DNA from: Gammaproteobacteria bacterium
Lineage (GTDB): Bacteria; Pseudomonadota; Gammaproteobacteria; SZUA-152
NCBI GenBank assembly: GCA_021647505.1
Contig: JAKIUN010000001.1
Location: 17,828 to 81,827, forward strand
Direction: 5' to 3'
DNA length: 64,000 bases
Shown: in pieces, positions 51,187-60,859 of the stretch
Layout of the letters: the number at the start of each line of letters is the position of its first letter
Position numbering within the stretch: the first letter of the stretch is position 1
Program-made: the position numbers and the translations under genes
Notes under the pieces: model-generated
Database searches by the model: none
The model's input: only the letters and a program-made list of their open reading frames with translations
Told to the model about the DNA's origin: nothing

Positions 51187-52200
51187 TTGGCTGATCTCAG
51201 CGCAATACCCGTTACCGTTCTCGGTGCCGGCTCCTGGGGCACCGCCCTGGCCATCCAGCTGGCCCACGGCGGGCGTCCGGCCACCCTCTGGGGGCACGAC
51301 CCCCGGCACATGGCCAGCCTGCAGATGGAGCATGTCAACACACGCTACCTGCCGGGCGTGTTGTTGCCAGACAGTCTACAACTCAGTGATGACCTGGCCG
51401 GCGCCGTGCAGGGCGTGTGTGAGATCCTCGTCGTCGTACCCAGCCATGCCTTCCGTGCCGTTCTCAACGCCATGCAGCCACACCTGAGCAGCGCTGTCCG
51501 CGTGATGTGGGCCACCAAGGGGCTGGAGTCCGGTTCCGGAAAGCTGCTGCATCGGGTGGTGGAAGAGGTGCTGGACGAGGCGCAGACCATGGCCGTGGTG
51601 TCCGGCCCCACCTTCGCTCGCGAGGTGGCCGTGGGTCTGCCAACGGCGCTGACCGTAGCCTCGAAAGATGCGGATTACGCCCGCTTCGTCGCCGAACGGT
51701 TACGAAGTGACACCTTTCGGGCCTATACCAGCCCGGACGTCGTCGGTGTGGAAGTGGGGGGTGCGGTGAAAAACGTACTTGCCATCGCCGCCGGTATCTC
51801 CGATGGTCTGGGCTTTGGCGCCAATGCCCGCAGCGCCCTGGTCACACGCGGTCTGGCCGAAATCATGCGTCTTGGCAATGCCCTCGGAGGTCAGCACGAG
51901 ACCTTTATGGGCCTGGCCGGGCTGGGTGATCTGGTGCTGACCTGCACCGACGACCAGTCGCGCAACCGTCGCCTGGGTCTGGCGCTGGGTCGCGGCAACA
52001 CCCTGGAGGCCGCGCTGGCCGATATCGATCAGGTGGTGGAAGGTGTACAGACCGCGCGCGAAGTGCACGACCTGGCCCTGAGTCAGGGCGTCGAGATGCC
52101 CATTACCGAACAAGTGTATGCCGTGCTGTACGAGGCGCGCGCGCCGAAAGAGGCGGTGCATGCCCTGCTGACGCGGGAGCAGAAAGCAGAGGGGGGGTAG
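51187..52200 (+). CDS. gpsA: NAD(P)H glycerol-3-phosphate dehydrogenase
   Basis: GAGSWGTALA, SGPTFA, GAVKNV, GLGDLVLTC, SRNRR. Confidence 0.96.
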   Translation: MADLSAIPVTVLGAGSWGTALAIQLAHGGRPATLWGHDPRHMASLQMEHVNTRYLPGVLLPDSLQLSDDLAGAVQGVCEILVVVPSHAFRAVLNAMQPHLSSAVRVMWATKGLESGSGKLLHRVVEEVLDEAQTMAVVSGPTFAREVAVGLPTALTVASKDADYARFVAERLRSDTFRAYTSPDVVGVEVGGAVKNVLAIAAGISDGLGFGANARSALVTRGLAEIMRLGNALGGQHETFMGLAGLGDLVLTCTDDQSRNRRLGLALGRGNTLEAALADIDQVVEGVQTAREVHDLALSQGVEMPITEQVYAVLYEARAPKEAVHALLTREQKAEGG

Positions 52201-52246
52201 GGCTAGAGGGATCCAGTGTTTAGTGCTTAGTTGTCGGGAAAGCTCA

Positions 52247-52720
52247 CTAAAGACTGCCGGCGCAGCCGGCAAAGCCGGCCTGCCGCCATGCCTCGAAGAC
52301 GATAATCGCCACCGCGTTGGACAGATTCAGGCTGCGATTGCCCGGCCGCATGGGAATGCGCAGCAGCTGATCCGCAGGCAGGGCGTCCAGCACTGCACCC
52401 GGCAGGCCGCGTGTCTCCGGGCCGAACAGCAGCGCATCATCCGGCCCATAGGCCACCTCACTGTAGTTTTGCCGGCCACGGGTGGAACAGGCCAGAATCC
52501 GCGCCGGTTGCACCGTTTCGGTAAACACCGCTAGCGAATCGTGCAGCAGCACATCAGCGAACTCATGATAATCCAGCCCCGCGCGACGCAGCTGCTTGTC
52601 AGACATCTCGAAGCCCAGGGGGCGAATCAAATGCAGTTTTGCACCACAATTGGCGCATAAGCGGATAATATTGCCCGTGTTGGGCGGGATTTCCGGCTGA
52701 AACAAAACCACGTGAAACAT
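52247..52720 (-). CDS. trmL: tRNA (C34/U34 2'-O)-methyltransferase
   Basis: PEIPPNTGNI, RRAGLDY, FGPETRGL, RSLNLSN. Confidence 0.95.
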   Translation of the reverse strand: MFHVVLFQPEIPPNTGNIIRLCANCGAKLHLIRPLGFEMSDKQLRRAGLDYHEFADVLLHDSLAVFTETVQPARILACSTRGRQNYSEVAYGPDDALLFGPETRGLPGAVLDALPADQLLRIPMRPGNRSLNLSNAVAIIVFEAWRQAGFAGCAGSL

Positions 52721-52752
52721 AGACTTTCAATATTCAGGTAGGTGAAAAAGAG

Positions 52753-53700
52753 ATGGTGCACAAAGTGCAAAAAGACATGCTGGTGAGCGAATTCTGCGGC
52801 ATGCGTTTCGATACACCGCTGGTGCTGTTGTCCGGTTGTGTCGGCTTCGGCGAAGAATACACGCGGGTCAAGGGCTTTACCAACCGTGACGCCGGTGCCG
52901 TGTGCCTCAAGGGCACCACCTTAGAGCCGCGCCTCGGCAACCCGCCGCACCGCGTCTGCGAAACCCCGCAGGGCATGATCAACGCCATCGGCCTGCAAAA
53001 CCCGGGTGCGCGCCATGTGGTGGATGAAATCCTCCCCACGCTGGACTTCGATGAGACGCGCTTCATTGCCAACATCTCCGGTTCCTCCATCGAGGAATAC
53101 GCCGAGGTGGCGCGCATCTTCGACGACTCGCCCATCGACGCCCTGGAAGTCAATATTTCTTGCCCCAACGTCAAGGAGGGCGGCATGGCCTTCGGCAACG
53201 ACCCGGATATGTCTGCCCGCGTGGTCGAGGCGGTACGCAAACAGACCGAAAAACCACTGATTACCAAGCTCTCGCCCAACCAGACCGACATCCAGGAAAA
53301 TGCCCGCCGCTGCATCGAGGCCGGCACCGACGCCTTCGCCGTCATCAACACCCTGATGGGCATGGCCATCGACATCGAGGCCCGCGCACCCATCATCGGC
53401 AACAACCAGGGCGGCCTCTCCGGCCCCGCCATCAAGCCCGTCGCCGTATTGAAGACACACCAGGTCTATCAGGTGTGTCGCGACCACGGCATTCCCATCA
53501 TCGGCCAGGGTGGTATCACCACCGCCGACGACGCCCTTGAATTCCTCATCGCCGGGGCCTCGGCGGTGGGCGTGGGCACAGCGCTGTTTTATGATCCGCT
53601 GGTGTGCAAGAAGATCAACGATGGCATCGTCGCCTATCTGGAACGCCATGAACTCACCGAGGTGTCACAGTTGGTGGGGACGCTGGTGCTGAACGGTTGA
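52753..53700 (+). CDS. pyrD: Dihydroorotate dehydrogenase, family 1 (1B-like)
   Basis: GNPPHR, NAIGLQNPG, EVNISCPNV, KLSPN, INTL, GGLSGPAIKP. Confidence 0.9.
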   Translation: MVHKVQKDMLVSEFCGMRFDTPLVLLSGCVGFGEEYTRVKGFTNRDAGAVCLKGTTLEPRLGNPPHRVCETPQGMINAIGLQNPGARHVVDEILPTLDFDETRFIANISGSSIEEYAEVARIFDDSPIDALEVNISCPNVKEGGMAFGNDPDMSARVVEAVRKQTEKPLITKLSPNQTDIQENARRCIEAGTDAFAVINTLMGMAIDIEARAPIIGNNQGGLSGPAIKPVAVLKTHQVYQVCRDHGIPIIGQGGITTADDALEFLIAGASAVGVGTALFYDPLVCKKINDGIVAYLERHELTEVSQLVGTLVLNG

Positions 53701-53712
53701 GGCGACGTTCCG

Positions 53713-54168
53713 GTGCCTTCCAAAATCTTTATTCCCCCGGTTCAACTGCTGATTACGGCGATGTTGATGCTGCTGATTCAGTCATCCGTACCGTTTGGAC
53801 AAATCGGTGGTGCGTGGGTCTTGCCCTTATCAGCCGTGCTGGGCATCGCCGGCACGGGCATCATTCTGATGAGCGGTGTGCTTTTTCTCCGGGCTAAAAC
53901 CACCGTGCATCCGACGCATCCGGAGAAGACTTCAGCATTGGTCATCAGCGGAGTTTATCAAATATCAAGAAATCCTATGTATCTGGGTTTGCTGCTGATC
54001 CTGCTCGCATGGGGCGTCTTCCTGGGGAGCCTGCCCGCGTTCGTGCCGATCCTGCTGTTCATCGGCACCATCACAAAATATCAAATCGTTTTTGAAGAGC
54101 AGGCGCTGGAGAATAACTTTGGCGACAGTTACCGGCGGTACAAGTCGAAGGTTCGGCGGTGGATTTAA
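53713..54168 (+). CDS. Isoprenylcysteine carboxylmethyltransferase/PEMT family membrane protein
   Basis: TTVHP, LVISGVYQISRNPMYLG, EEQAL..FG..Y..Y...VRRWI. Confidence 0.88.
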   Translation: MPSKIFIPPVQLLITAMLMLLIQSSVPFGQIGGAWVLPLSAVLGIAGTGIILMSGVLFLRAKTTVHPTHPEKTSALVISGVYQISRNPMYLGLLLILLAWGVFLGSLPAFVPILLFIGTITKYQIVFEEQALENNFGDSYRRYKSKVRRWI

Positions 54169-54196
54169 CGGGCTGTTAGTTTCAGGAAGGATTGAA

Positions 54197-54814
54197 ATGC
54201 GTACTAAGGGAAAAATTACATCGTGGAATGACGATAAAGAATATGGCTTTATTTCGCCTCTTTCCGGAGGAAAGCAACTATTTGTTCATATTAATGCTTT
54301 CAGTAATCGAAACCGCCGGCCAGAGATTGGTCAGGTCGTCACATACGGAATTTCTTCCGATAAGCAGGGGCGCCCGTGTGCCATAACAGCGACTTTAGCT
54401 GGCGATAGGATTCAACAGAATACAAAGAAAAATAGTAGTGGTATTTCAGTTGTTCTAGCCATAACATTTATCAGTATCGTGGCAATTTTCGTTTTAGTAG
54501 ATAAATTGCCTCCCGTTATTTTTGCTGCTTACTTCGTGCTCAGTATGCTCACGTACATTGTTTATGCCGTAGATAAGTCAGCAGCAAAAAATGAGACATG
54601 GAGGACACCGGAAAGCACCTTGCATCTTTTTGCGTTGGCTGGAGGATGGCCAGGCGCACTAGTGGCCCAACAGAGATTGCGCCATAAGTCCAAGAAGGAA
54701 GCTTTTCGTTTTGTTTTTTGGCTGACGGTATTATTGAACTGCGGGGTATTCATTTGGCTGTTTAGCGCCACTGGGTCGGCACTACTGCATGCACTAATTC
54801 AAAGCGCAGTTTAA
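54197..54814 (+). CDS. Cold-shock domain + DUF1294 membrane protein
   Basis: GKITSWNDDKEYGFI, FVHI; DKSAA..WRTPESTLH..GGWPGA..RHK. Confidence 0.92.
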   Translation: MRTKGKITSWNDDKEYGFISPLSGGKQLFVHINAFSNRNRRPEIGQVVTYGISSDKQGRPCAITATLAGDRIQQNTKKNSSGISVVLAITFISIVAIFVLVDKLPPVIFAAYFVLSMLTYIVYAVDKSAAKNETWRTPESTLHLFALAGGWPGALVAQQRLRHKSKKEAFRFVFWLTVLLNCGVFIWLFSATGSALLHALIQSAV

Positions 54815-55041
54815 GGGCTAATCAGGTAAAGGGAATAGCTTGCCCTCCACGCGTAGGGAGTAATAACTAAAGCACACCGCACCGGATGACTATCATCATG
54901 GCACCACCGGTCTCTCTCTTCCAGAGACGAGCCTTGCTTTACTTAGAGGTGAAAAGAATTTTTTATCGCGCCTGTTAGCTGCAATGCCAAGTTAGCTATC
55001 TTTGTGTTGCAGGAAACATTTTTAAATCAGAGGTTATAAAA

Positions 55042-56241
55042 ATGACAAAAAAATATTTAGAAATGCCTGACGAGAAGGGATACTTCGGTGAGTATGGTGG
55101 ACAGATCATTCCACCCCCGTTGATTGATGTCATGAATGAGATCAATGACGCCTATGACAAGGTCACGCAGACCGAGTCCTTTCAACAGGAGTTGCAACAG
55201 CTTTATGCGGATTATGTAGGTCGTCCCAGCCCCATCTATTTTGCCGAGCGATTAACCAATAAGGTGGGCGGTGCGCGTATCTTTTTCAAGCGCGAGGATT
55301 TGAATCACACTGGTGCGCATAAAATCAACCATTGCCTTGGCGAGGCTCTGCTGGCAAGACACATGGGAAAAACCAAGGTGCTGGCGGAGACGGGGGCGGG
55401 TCAGCACGGTGTGGCCCTGGCCACGGCCTGTGCACTGATGGGTATCGATTGTGAAATCCACATGGGTGAAATCGATATCGAGAAAGAACACCCCAATGTC
55501 ACCAAGATGAAGATTCTTGGCTGCAAGCTCGTCCCCGTATCGCGCGGCACCCGAACACTCAAGGATGCGGTGGACAGTGCCTTTGAGGAATATTTGAAAG
55601 ATCCGGTCAACTATTTCTACGCTATTGGTTCGGTGGTTGGCCCCCACCCATTCCCCAAGATCGTGCGTGATTTCCAATGCGTCGTCGGCAAGGAGGCCAG
55701 GGAGCAGTTTCTGGCGAAAGAGAATAAATTGCCTGATGTGTTGATTGCCTGTATTGGCGGCGGCTCCAATGCCATCGGTTTGTTTACCGCATTTCTGGAC
55801 GATGAATCCGTCAAGATGATTGGCATCGAGCCGGCGGGGAAGGGGCTTGGTACGGGTGAGCATGCGGCTACCCTGACGCTGGGAACCAAAGGGGCTCTTC
55901 ACGGCTATGAGTGTTACAACATTCAAGACGATGAGGGCAATCCTTTGCCTGTTTACTCCATCGCTTCGGGTCTGGATTACCCCGGCGTTGGGCCACAGCA
56001 TTGTTATCTGAAGGATATCAAGCGTGTTGTCTATGAATCCATTGATGACGAGGAGTGCCTGGATGCCTTTATGCAGCTTTCCCGTCTGGAAGGTATTATT
56101 CCCGCATTAGAGAGCGCGCATGCCATTGCCCATGCAATGAAAATTGCAAAAGATATGTCCAGCGATGAAACAATACTCGTTAATCTTTCGGGTCGTGGCG
56201 ACAAAGATGCAGATTTTGTGGCAGAGCATTTGTCGCTTTGA
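55042..56241 (+). CDS. trpB: Tryptophan synthase beta chain (stand-alone)
   Basis: [58 protein letters not shown]. Confidence 0.93.
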   Translation: MTKKYLEMPDEKGYFGEYGGQIIPPPLIDVMNEINDAYDKVTQTESFQQELQQLYADYVGRPSPIYFAERLTNKVGGARIFFKREDLNHTGAHKINHCLGEALLARHMGKTKVLAETGAGQHGVALATACALMGIDCEIHMGEIDIEKEHPNVTKMKILGCKLVPVSRGTRTLKDAVDSAFEEYLKDPVNYFYAIGSVVGPHPFPKIVRDFQCVVGKEAREQFLAKENKLPDVLIACIGGGSNAIGLFTAFLDDESVKMIGIEPAGKGLGTGEHAATLTLGTKGALHGYECYNIQDDEGNPLPVYSIASGLDYPGVGPQHCYLKDIKRVVYESIDDEECLDAFMQLSRLEGIIPALESAHAIAHAMKIAKDMSSDETILVNLSGRGDKDADFVAEHLSL

Positions 56242-56263
56242 TCTGATATTTGATCAATCTTCA

Positions 56264-56285
56264 TAGGGTGGGCAGTGCCCACCCT
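56264..56285. repeat. REP (GGTGGGCAGTGCCCACC family)
   Basis: Same core as 63838-63859. Confidence 0.7.
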
Positions 56286-56479
56286 TGCCGACTGTAGCCA
56301 CCCTCTTTTCTCACTAACTATTTAAAGCCCGCCAACTTAAGACTCCCTCCTACCCTGCCGCTAATCCTGTGCGGTATGAATATTGCTCTGCCTCAACAAG
56401 TTAGCATATTGCTGCCGGTTTTTTGACTCTGGTCGAGGGCTTGGCGGCTCCACTGTGGAATATTGAAACGACAAATAGC

Positions 56480-57109
56480 GTGATCAATCAGCAAGTCAAT
56501 CTGTTCCAGCCCATGTTCCGCAAGGAGCGAAAGCTGTTGTCTTTTCGCGTGCTGTTGCAGGCCTGCGTGGTGGTATTTGTGTTGCTGATGCTGATGACTG
56601 GCTACGGCGTGCGTCAGAGCGCGCAGATGCAGGCAGATCTGGCTCAGTTGCAGGGGCAGCTGGATCGGCGCGTGGCGCAGGTCGAAGAATTGGCGATACG
56701 CCTGGCGCAACGCAAGACCGATACCAGCGCCGCCCAGGAGCTGGCGCGGCTGGAGCAGGAGGCGACGGCGCGTCGGCGGGTGGTGGATGCCCTGACCCGA
56801 GTGCGCGATACCTACACTCGCGGTGTCTCCGGCTATATGGAAAGCTTTGCGCGGCAGGCGCCGAAGGGCATTTGGTTGACCGGTTTCGTGGTACAGGCCG
56901 GTGGTGAGGGACTGGTGATCCGTGGCCGTGCATTACAGCCGGCGCTGGTGCCGTCCTTTTTACAGCGCCTGACGGAAGAAACCACGCTGGCCGGTACCCG
57001 TTTTGGCTTGCTGCAGATCGAACGCGAAGGTGCCGCCAGCCGACAGGTGGACTTCACCCTCTATACCGGCAGTGAGCCACCACCAGAGCCCGTAGAGGAT
57101 CGCCCATGA
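56480..57109 (+). CDS. MSHA biogenesis protein MshI (PilN-like)
   Basis: QQVNL, TM helix, coiled coil, GIWLT; operon position. Confidence 0.8.
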   Translation: MINQQVNLFQPMFRKERKLLSFRVLLQACVVVFVLLMLMTGYGVRQSAQMQADLAQLQGQLDRRVAQVEELAIRLAQRKTDTSAAQELARLEQEATARRRVVDALTRVRDTYTRGVSGYMESFARQAPKGIWLTGFVVQAGGEGLVIRGRALQPALVPSFLQRLTEETTLAGTRFGLLQIEREGAASRQVDFTLYTGSEPPPEPVEDRP

Positions 57110-57786
57110 AGGCGTGTCTCCAGCAGTTGGCGGAACGCTTCGATGCCTTCAGCCTGCGTGAACGGGCGCTGGTCTCGCTGGCGGTGCTGGTGGTGATGTA
57201 CATGCTTTGGGATGCGGTGTTGATGAGTCCGGAACACCTGCACCAGAAGCAGTTGGTGATTGAAATGTACCAGCTCAACGAACGCATGGTGACGGTGGAC
57301 ACACAGTTGCAGACACTGACGGTCAGTCTTGGCGAAAGCGAAGTGCGCCGCCAGCGCCAGCGCATTGCCGAGTTGCGTGAGGCCCTGCGCGGACTGGCCA
57401 ACCAACAGGCGGCGCTGACGGTGGAATTTATCCGTCCGCAACAAATGGCCGGAGTGTTGCGCGACATGCTCGGCGTTGACGGCAAACTGACCCTGTTGAA
57501 GCTGGAGAGTCTTGGTGTGCAAGCGCTGTTTCCGTCTCCTGAAAATGGGCAGGAGCAAGCGGCTACAGCGGAAAAATATGAGCAGCCAGGCATCTACAAG
57601 CACGGTATGCGGGTGAGTTTCGAGGGTGACTATTTCGCCACGCTGCACTATCTAAAGGCGCTGGAAGGCATGCCCTGGCGTTTTTACTGGGACGAACTGG
57701 ATTACCGCGTGGCGGATTATCCGCGCGCCCGGGTGAGTATCACTATTCACACTCTGAGTCTTGAGGAGGGATGGATTGGTGTCTGA
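57106..57786 (+). CDS. mshJ: MSHA biogenesis protein MshJ
   Basis: SLRER, YKHG...GDYF..L.YL..LE, YP...TLSL..WIGV. Confidence 0.85.
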   Translation: MKACLQQLAERFDAFSLRERALVSLAVLVVMYMLWDAVLMSPEHLHQKQLVIEMYQLNERMVTVDTQLQTLTVSLGESEVRRQRQRIAELREALRGLANQQAALTVEFIRPQQMAGVLRDMLGVDGKLTLLKLESLGVQALFPSPENGQEQAATAEKYEQPGIYKHGMRVSFEGDYFATLHYLKALEGMPWRFYWDELDYRVADYPRARVSITIHTLSLEEGWIGV

Positions 57787-58165
57787 TGCGAACGGCACGA
57801 CTCCAAGCATTCACGCCGGGCGAATTGTGGCGCTGGTGTTGGCCGGCATACTGATGCCGGGCGTGGCGTCAGCGGTGCCGTTGGATGACCCTACCCGCCC
57901 GCCGACGGCACAGTCTGCCAAGGCCCACAAGGCTATGCGCAAGCCGATACGCTGGACGCTTAATTCGACCCTGGTATCGGCGCAGCGCCGTACGGCGGTA
58001 ATCAATGACCGGGTGGTTGGTGTGGGCGAAAAAATTAATGGCGCACGGGTGGTGGAGATCCTGCCGATGGCGGTGCGCCTGTATCACAACGGCCGCGAGT
58101 TCACCCTGACATTACTGACAAAAAACATCAAACGGCCATCCCGGAGCGGGAGCGGAAAACTATGA
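57779..58165 (+). CDS. mshK: MSHA biogenesis protein MshK
   Basis: LDDPTRP, AVIND, GEKING; position in the operon. Confidence 0.75.
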   Translation: MSDANGTTPSIHAGRIVALVLAGILMPGVASAVPLDDPTRPPTAQSAKAHKAMRKPIRWTLNSTLVSAQRRTAVINDRVVGVGEKINGARVVEILPMAVRLYHNGREFTLTLLTKNIKRPSRSGSGKL

Positions 58166-59952
58166 AACAGAAGCAACGAGCCATCTTGAATCGTGTCGGT
58201 GTACTGGTCAGTGTGCTGGCGCTGGGTGCCTGTGCGAATAATCCGCCGCGCACTGGGGCCGTGGGTGAAGGAATCGGTCAATCGCTGGCCGAGAGTCAGG
58301 CACAGAATGCCGCCCTGGAGACCGTCCGGGTGCAGCCACCGGCGGCCGTTTCCGCTGCCCTGCTGCCGCCGTTGAATGTGCAATTGTCCGGACTGGGGCT
58401 GGGACAGGAGCCGGTGCAGCGTCGCTTTGATATCACCGTTGACCATGTGTTGGCGCGCACCTTCTTTATGAGCCTGGTGAAGGACACGCCCTACAACATG
58501 GTTACGCCACCGGATATGGAGGGGCGCATCAGTTTGAGCCTGAAGAATGTCACCCTCGACGAGGTGATGGCGACGGTGCGTGAGGTATATGGCTACGAGT
58601 ACCGCCGCAGCGCCGGCGGTTATGAGATCCTCACCAAGGCACTGCGCTCGCAAATTTTCAAGGTGGACTACCTCAACGTGCAGCGCAAGGGGCGGTCGCG
58701 GGTGCGGGTTAGCTCCGGGCAGGTGAGTGCATCGAGTAATCGCAATAGGGGCAGCGGTACGGGGAGCAGCAGTGCCAATAACAATAGTGGTAATACCGGT
58801 CGACGCCAGATAGAAGCCGTGTCCGGCAGTGAGATGGATACCCGCACCCAGTCGGATTTCTGGGCCGAACTGCGAGATGCGCTGGAGGCTATCGTCGGTT
58901 CGGAGGGTGGTCGCAAGATTGTTCTCAACGCCCACTCCGGCATCATCGTGGTGCGCGCCCAGCCCGGGGAATTACGCGCCGTCGAGCAGTATCTGCAAGA
59001 CACCCAGGCGGTGGTGCAGCGGCAGGTGATCCTGGAGGCGAAGATCCTTGAAGTGGAACTGAAGGATGGTTTCCAATCCGGCATCAACTGGGCGGCCATG
59101 GGTAGCAATGGTACGGACGGTATTGCCGGCGGGCAGTTTGGCGGTGGGCGTATATTTTCGGATGGCAGCAGTAATCTTGCCAGCCTCTCCAATGTGTTGA
59201 ATCCCGCGAATCCAGATGCCATTGGTGCTGCTGTGGCCTCGGCCTTCGGTGGCGTGTTCGGCATGCGCCTGGCCACCGGCAACTTCACCGCCTTTATCGA
59301 ATTTCTTGAATCTCAGGGCGACGTGCACGTGTTGTCCAGCCCGCGGGTCTCCACCGTCAATAATCAAAAGGCAGTGATCAAGGTGGGCACGGACGAATTT
59401 TTCGTCACCGATGTCAATACCAACAATCAGGTCTACGCGGGCAGCTCGACCAGTAACCAGAGTTTCAGTGTGGAATTCACGCCTTTCTTTTCCGGCGTGG
59501 CGCTGGACGTGACGCCGCAGATCGACGCCGACGGCTTTGTTACCCTGCACATCCATCCCTCGGTGAGCGATGTGCGGGAAAAGATCAAGCAGATCGATTT
59601 CTCCGACACAGAATCCCTGCGTGTGCCCATGGCGGTATCGACGATCCGCGAATCCGACAGCATCGTGCGTGCGCGCAGCGGGCAGGTGATAGTGATCGGT
59701 GGGCTGATGCAGAACATCTCGCGCGACAGCACGGCCAGTGTGCCGTTGCTGGGTGATCTGCCGCTGGTGGGTAGCCTGTTTCGTCATAAGAAGAAGAGCT
59801 TCGTCAAGAGTGAGCTGGTGATCCTGCTGCGTCCGGTGGTGGTGGACAACGACCAGGTATGGGACGACGAACTGCAACGCATCGGCGAACGCTTTGGTGG
59901 GCTGGATGCATTGACCCAGCTCAATGTGCAGTCGGGCGACAGCGGACACTGA
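58162..59952 (+). CDS. mshL: MSHA secretin MshL
   Basis: Lipobox LGAC, RQVILEAKILEV, LSSPR..NNQKAVIKVG, PFFSG, SELVILLRP. Confidence 0.92.
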   Translation: MKQKQRAILNRVGVLVSVLALGACANNPPRTGAVGEGIGQSLAESQAQNAALETVRVQPPAAVSAALLPPLNVQLSGLGLGQEPVQRRFDITVDHVLARTFFMSLVKDTPYNMVTPPDMEGRISLSLKNVTLDEVMATVREVYGYEYRRSAGGYEILTKALRSQIFKVDYLNVQRKGRSRVRVSSGQVSASSNRNRGSGTGSSSANNNSGNTGRRQIEAVSGSEMDTRTQSDFWAELRDALEAIVGSEGGRKIVLNAHSGIIVVRAQPGELRAVEQYLQDTQAVVQRQVILEAKILEVELKDGFQSGINWAAMGSNGTDGIAGGQFGGGRIFSDGSSNLASLSNVLNPANPDAIGAAVASAFGGVFGMRLATGNFTAFIEFLESQGDVHVLSSPRVSTVNNQKAVIKVGTDEFFVTDVNTNNQVYAGSSTSNQSFSVEFTPFFSGVALDVTPQIDADGFVTLHIHPSVSDVREKIKQIDFSDTESLRVPMAVSTIRESDSIVRARSGQVIVIGGLMQNISRDSTASVPLLGDLPLVGSLFRHKKKSFVKSELVILLRPVVVDNDQVWDDELQRIGERFGGLDALTQLNVQSGDSGH

Positions 59953-59968
59953 CAGGGGGCGCACCGTC

Positions 59969-60859
59969 ATGTACCTCGAACACTTCGGCTTGCGGGAAAT
60001 GCCCTTCTCGCTGACCCCGGACACGGAGTTTTTCTACCGCTACGGTGCTTGGCAGGAGGCCTTCGAGGTGCTCATGGTGGCCCTGCGTGGTGGTGAGGGT
60101 TTCATCAAGATCAGCGGCGAGGTGGGTACTGGCAAGACCCTGCTGTGCCGTAAGTCGCTGGCGAGCCTGGATGAGGACGAATTCGTTACCGCCTGGCTGC
60201 CCAATCCCTGCCTGACGCCTGCCGCTCTGCGTATGGCGTTGGCCGATGAGTTGGGTATCCGCTATCCGCGTAACCAGGGTCAGCATCGTCTGCTGACCTT
60301 GATCAACGAGACCCTTATCGAGATTAACGCCAGCGGCCGTCGCGTGGTGGTGTTGCTCGACGAGGCCCAGGCCCTGCCCGACGATACCCTCGAAGCCCTA
60401 CGTTTGCTGACCAATCTGGAAACGGAAAAACGTAAACTGCTGCAAGTGGTGCTGTTCGGCCAGCCGGAACTGGATGAGCGATTGGCTCAACCCGGTCTGC
60501 GTCAACTGCGCCAGCGTATCGGTTTTTCGCATCGCTTGCGGGCCATCGACCACAAGGGCCTGCCGGGTTACCTCAATCACCGCCTGCGGGTGGCTGGTTA
60601 TCACGGCACAGCCCTGTTCAGCGCAGAGGCGCAGGCGGCACTGTTTAAGGCCAGTCGGGGCATTCCGCGTCTGATTAACATCCTTGCCCACAAGTCACTG
60701 ATGGCCGCCTTCGGGCGTGGCCTGTCCGTGGTGAACCGGGACTGCGTGGTGTTGGCCTGTGCCGATACCGAGGGTGTCGTGACAGCCCCGCGTGGCCTGC
60801 TGGCCCGCCTGCGCTCACGCCGGGGTGCGGCGTTGGCGGCCGGGGTGGGTGCGGCATGA
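59969..60859 (+). CDS. mshM: MshM (ExeA-like AAA ATPase)
   Basis: MYLEHFGL..PFSLTPD, GEVGTGKTLLCR, DEAQ, LRLLTNLETE. Confidence 0.9.
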   Translation: MYLEHFGLREMPFSLTPDTEFFYRYGAWQEAFEVLMVALRGGEGFIKISGEVGTGKTLLCRKSLASLDEDEFVTAWLPNPCLTPAALRMALADELGIRYPRNQGQHRLLTLINETLIEINASGRRVVVLLDEAQALPDDTLEALRLLTNLETEKRKLLQVVLFGQPELDERLAQPGLRQLRQRIGFSHRLRAIDHKGLPGYLNHRLRVAGYHGTALFSAEAQAALFKASRGIPRLINILAHKSLMAAFGRGLSVVNRDCVVLACADTEGVVTAPRGLLARLRSRRGAALAAGVGAA

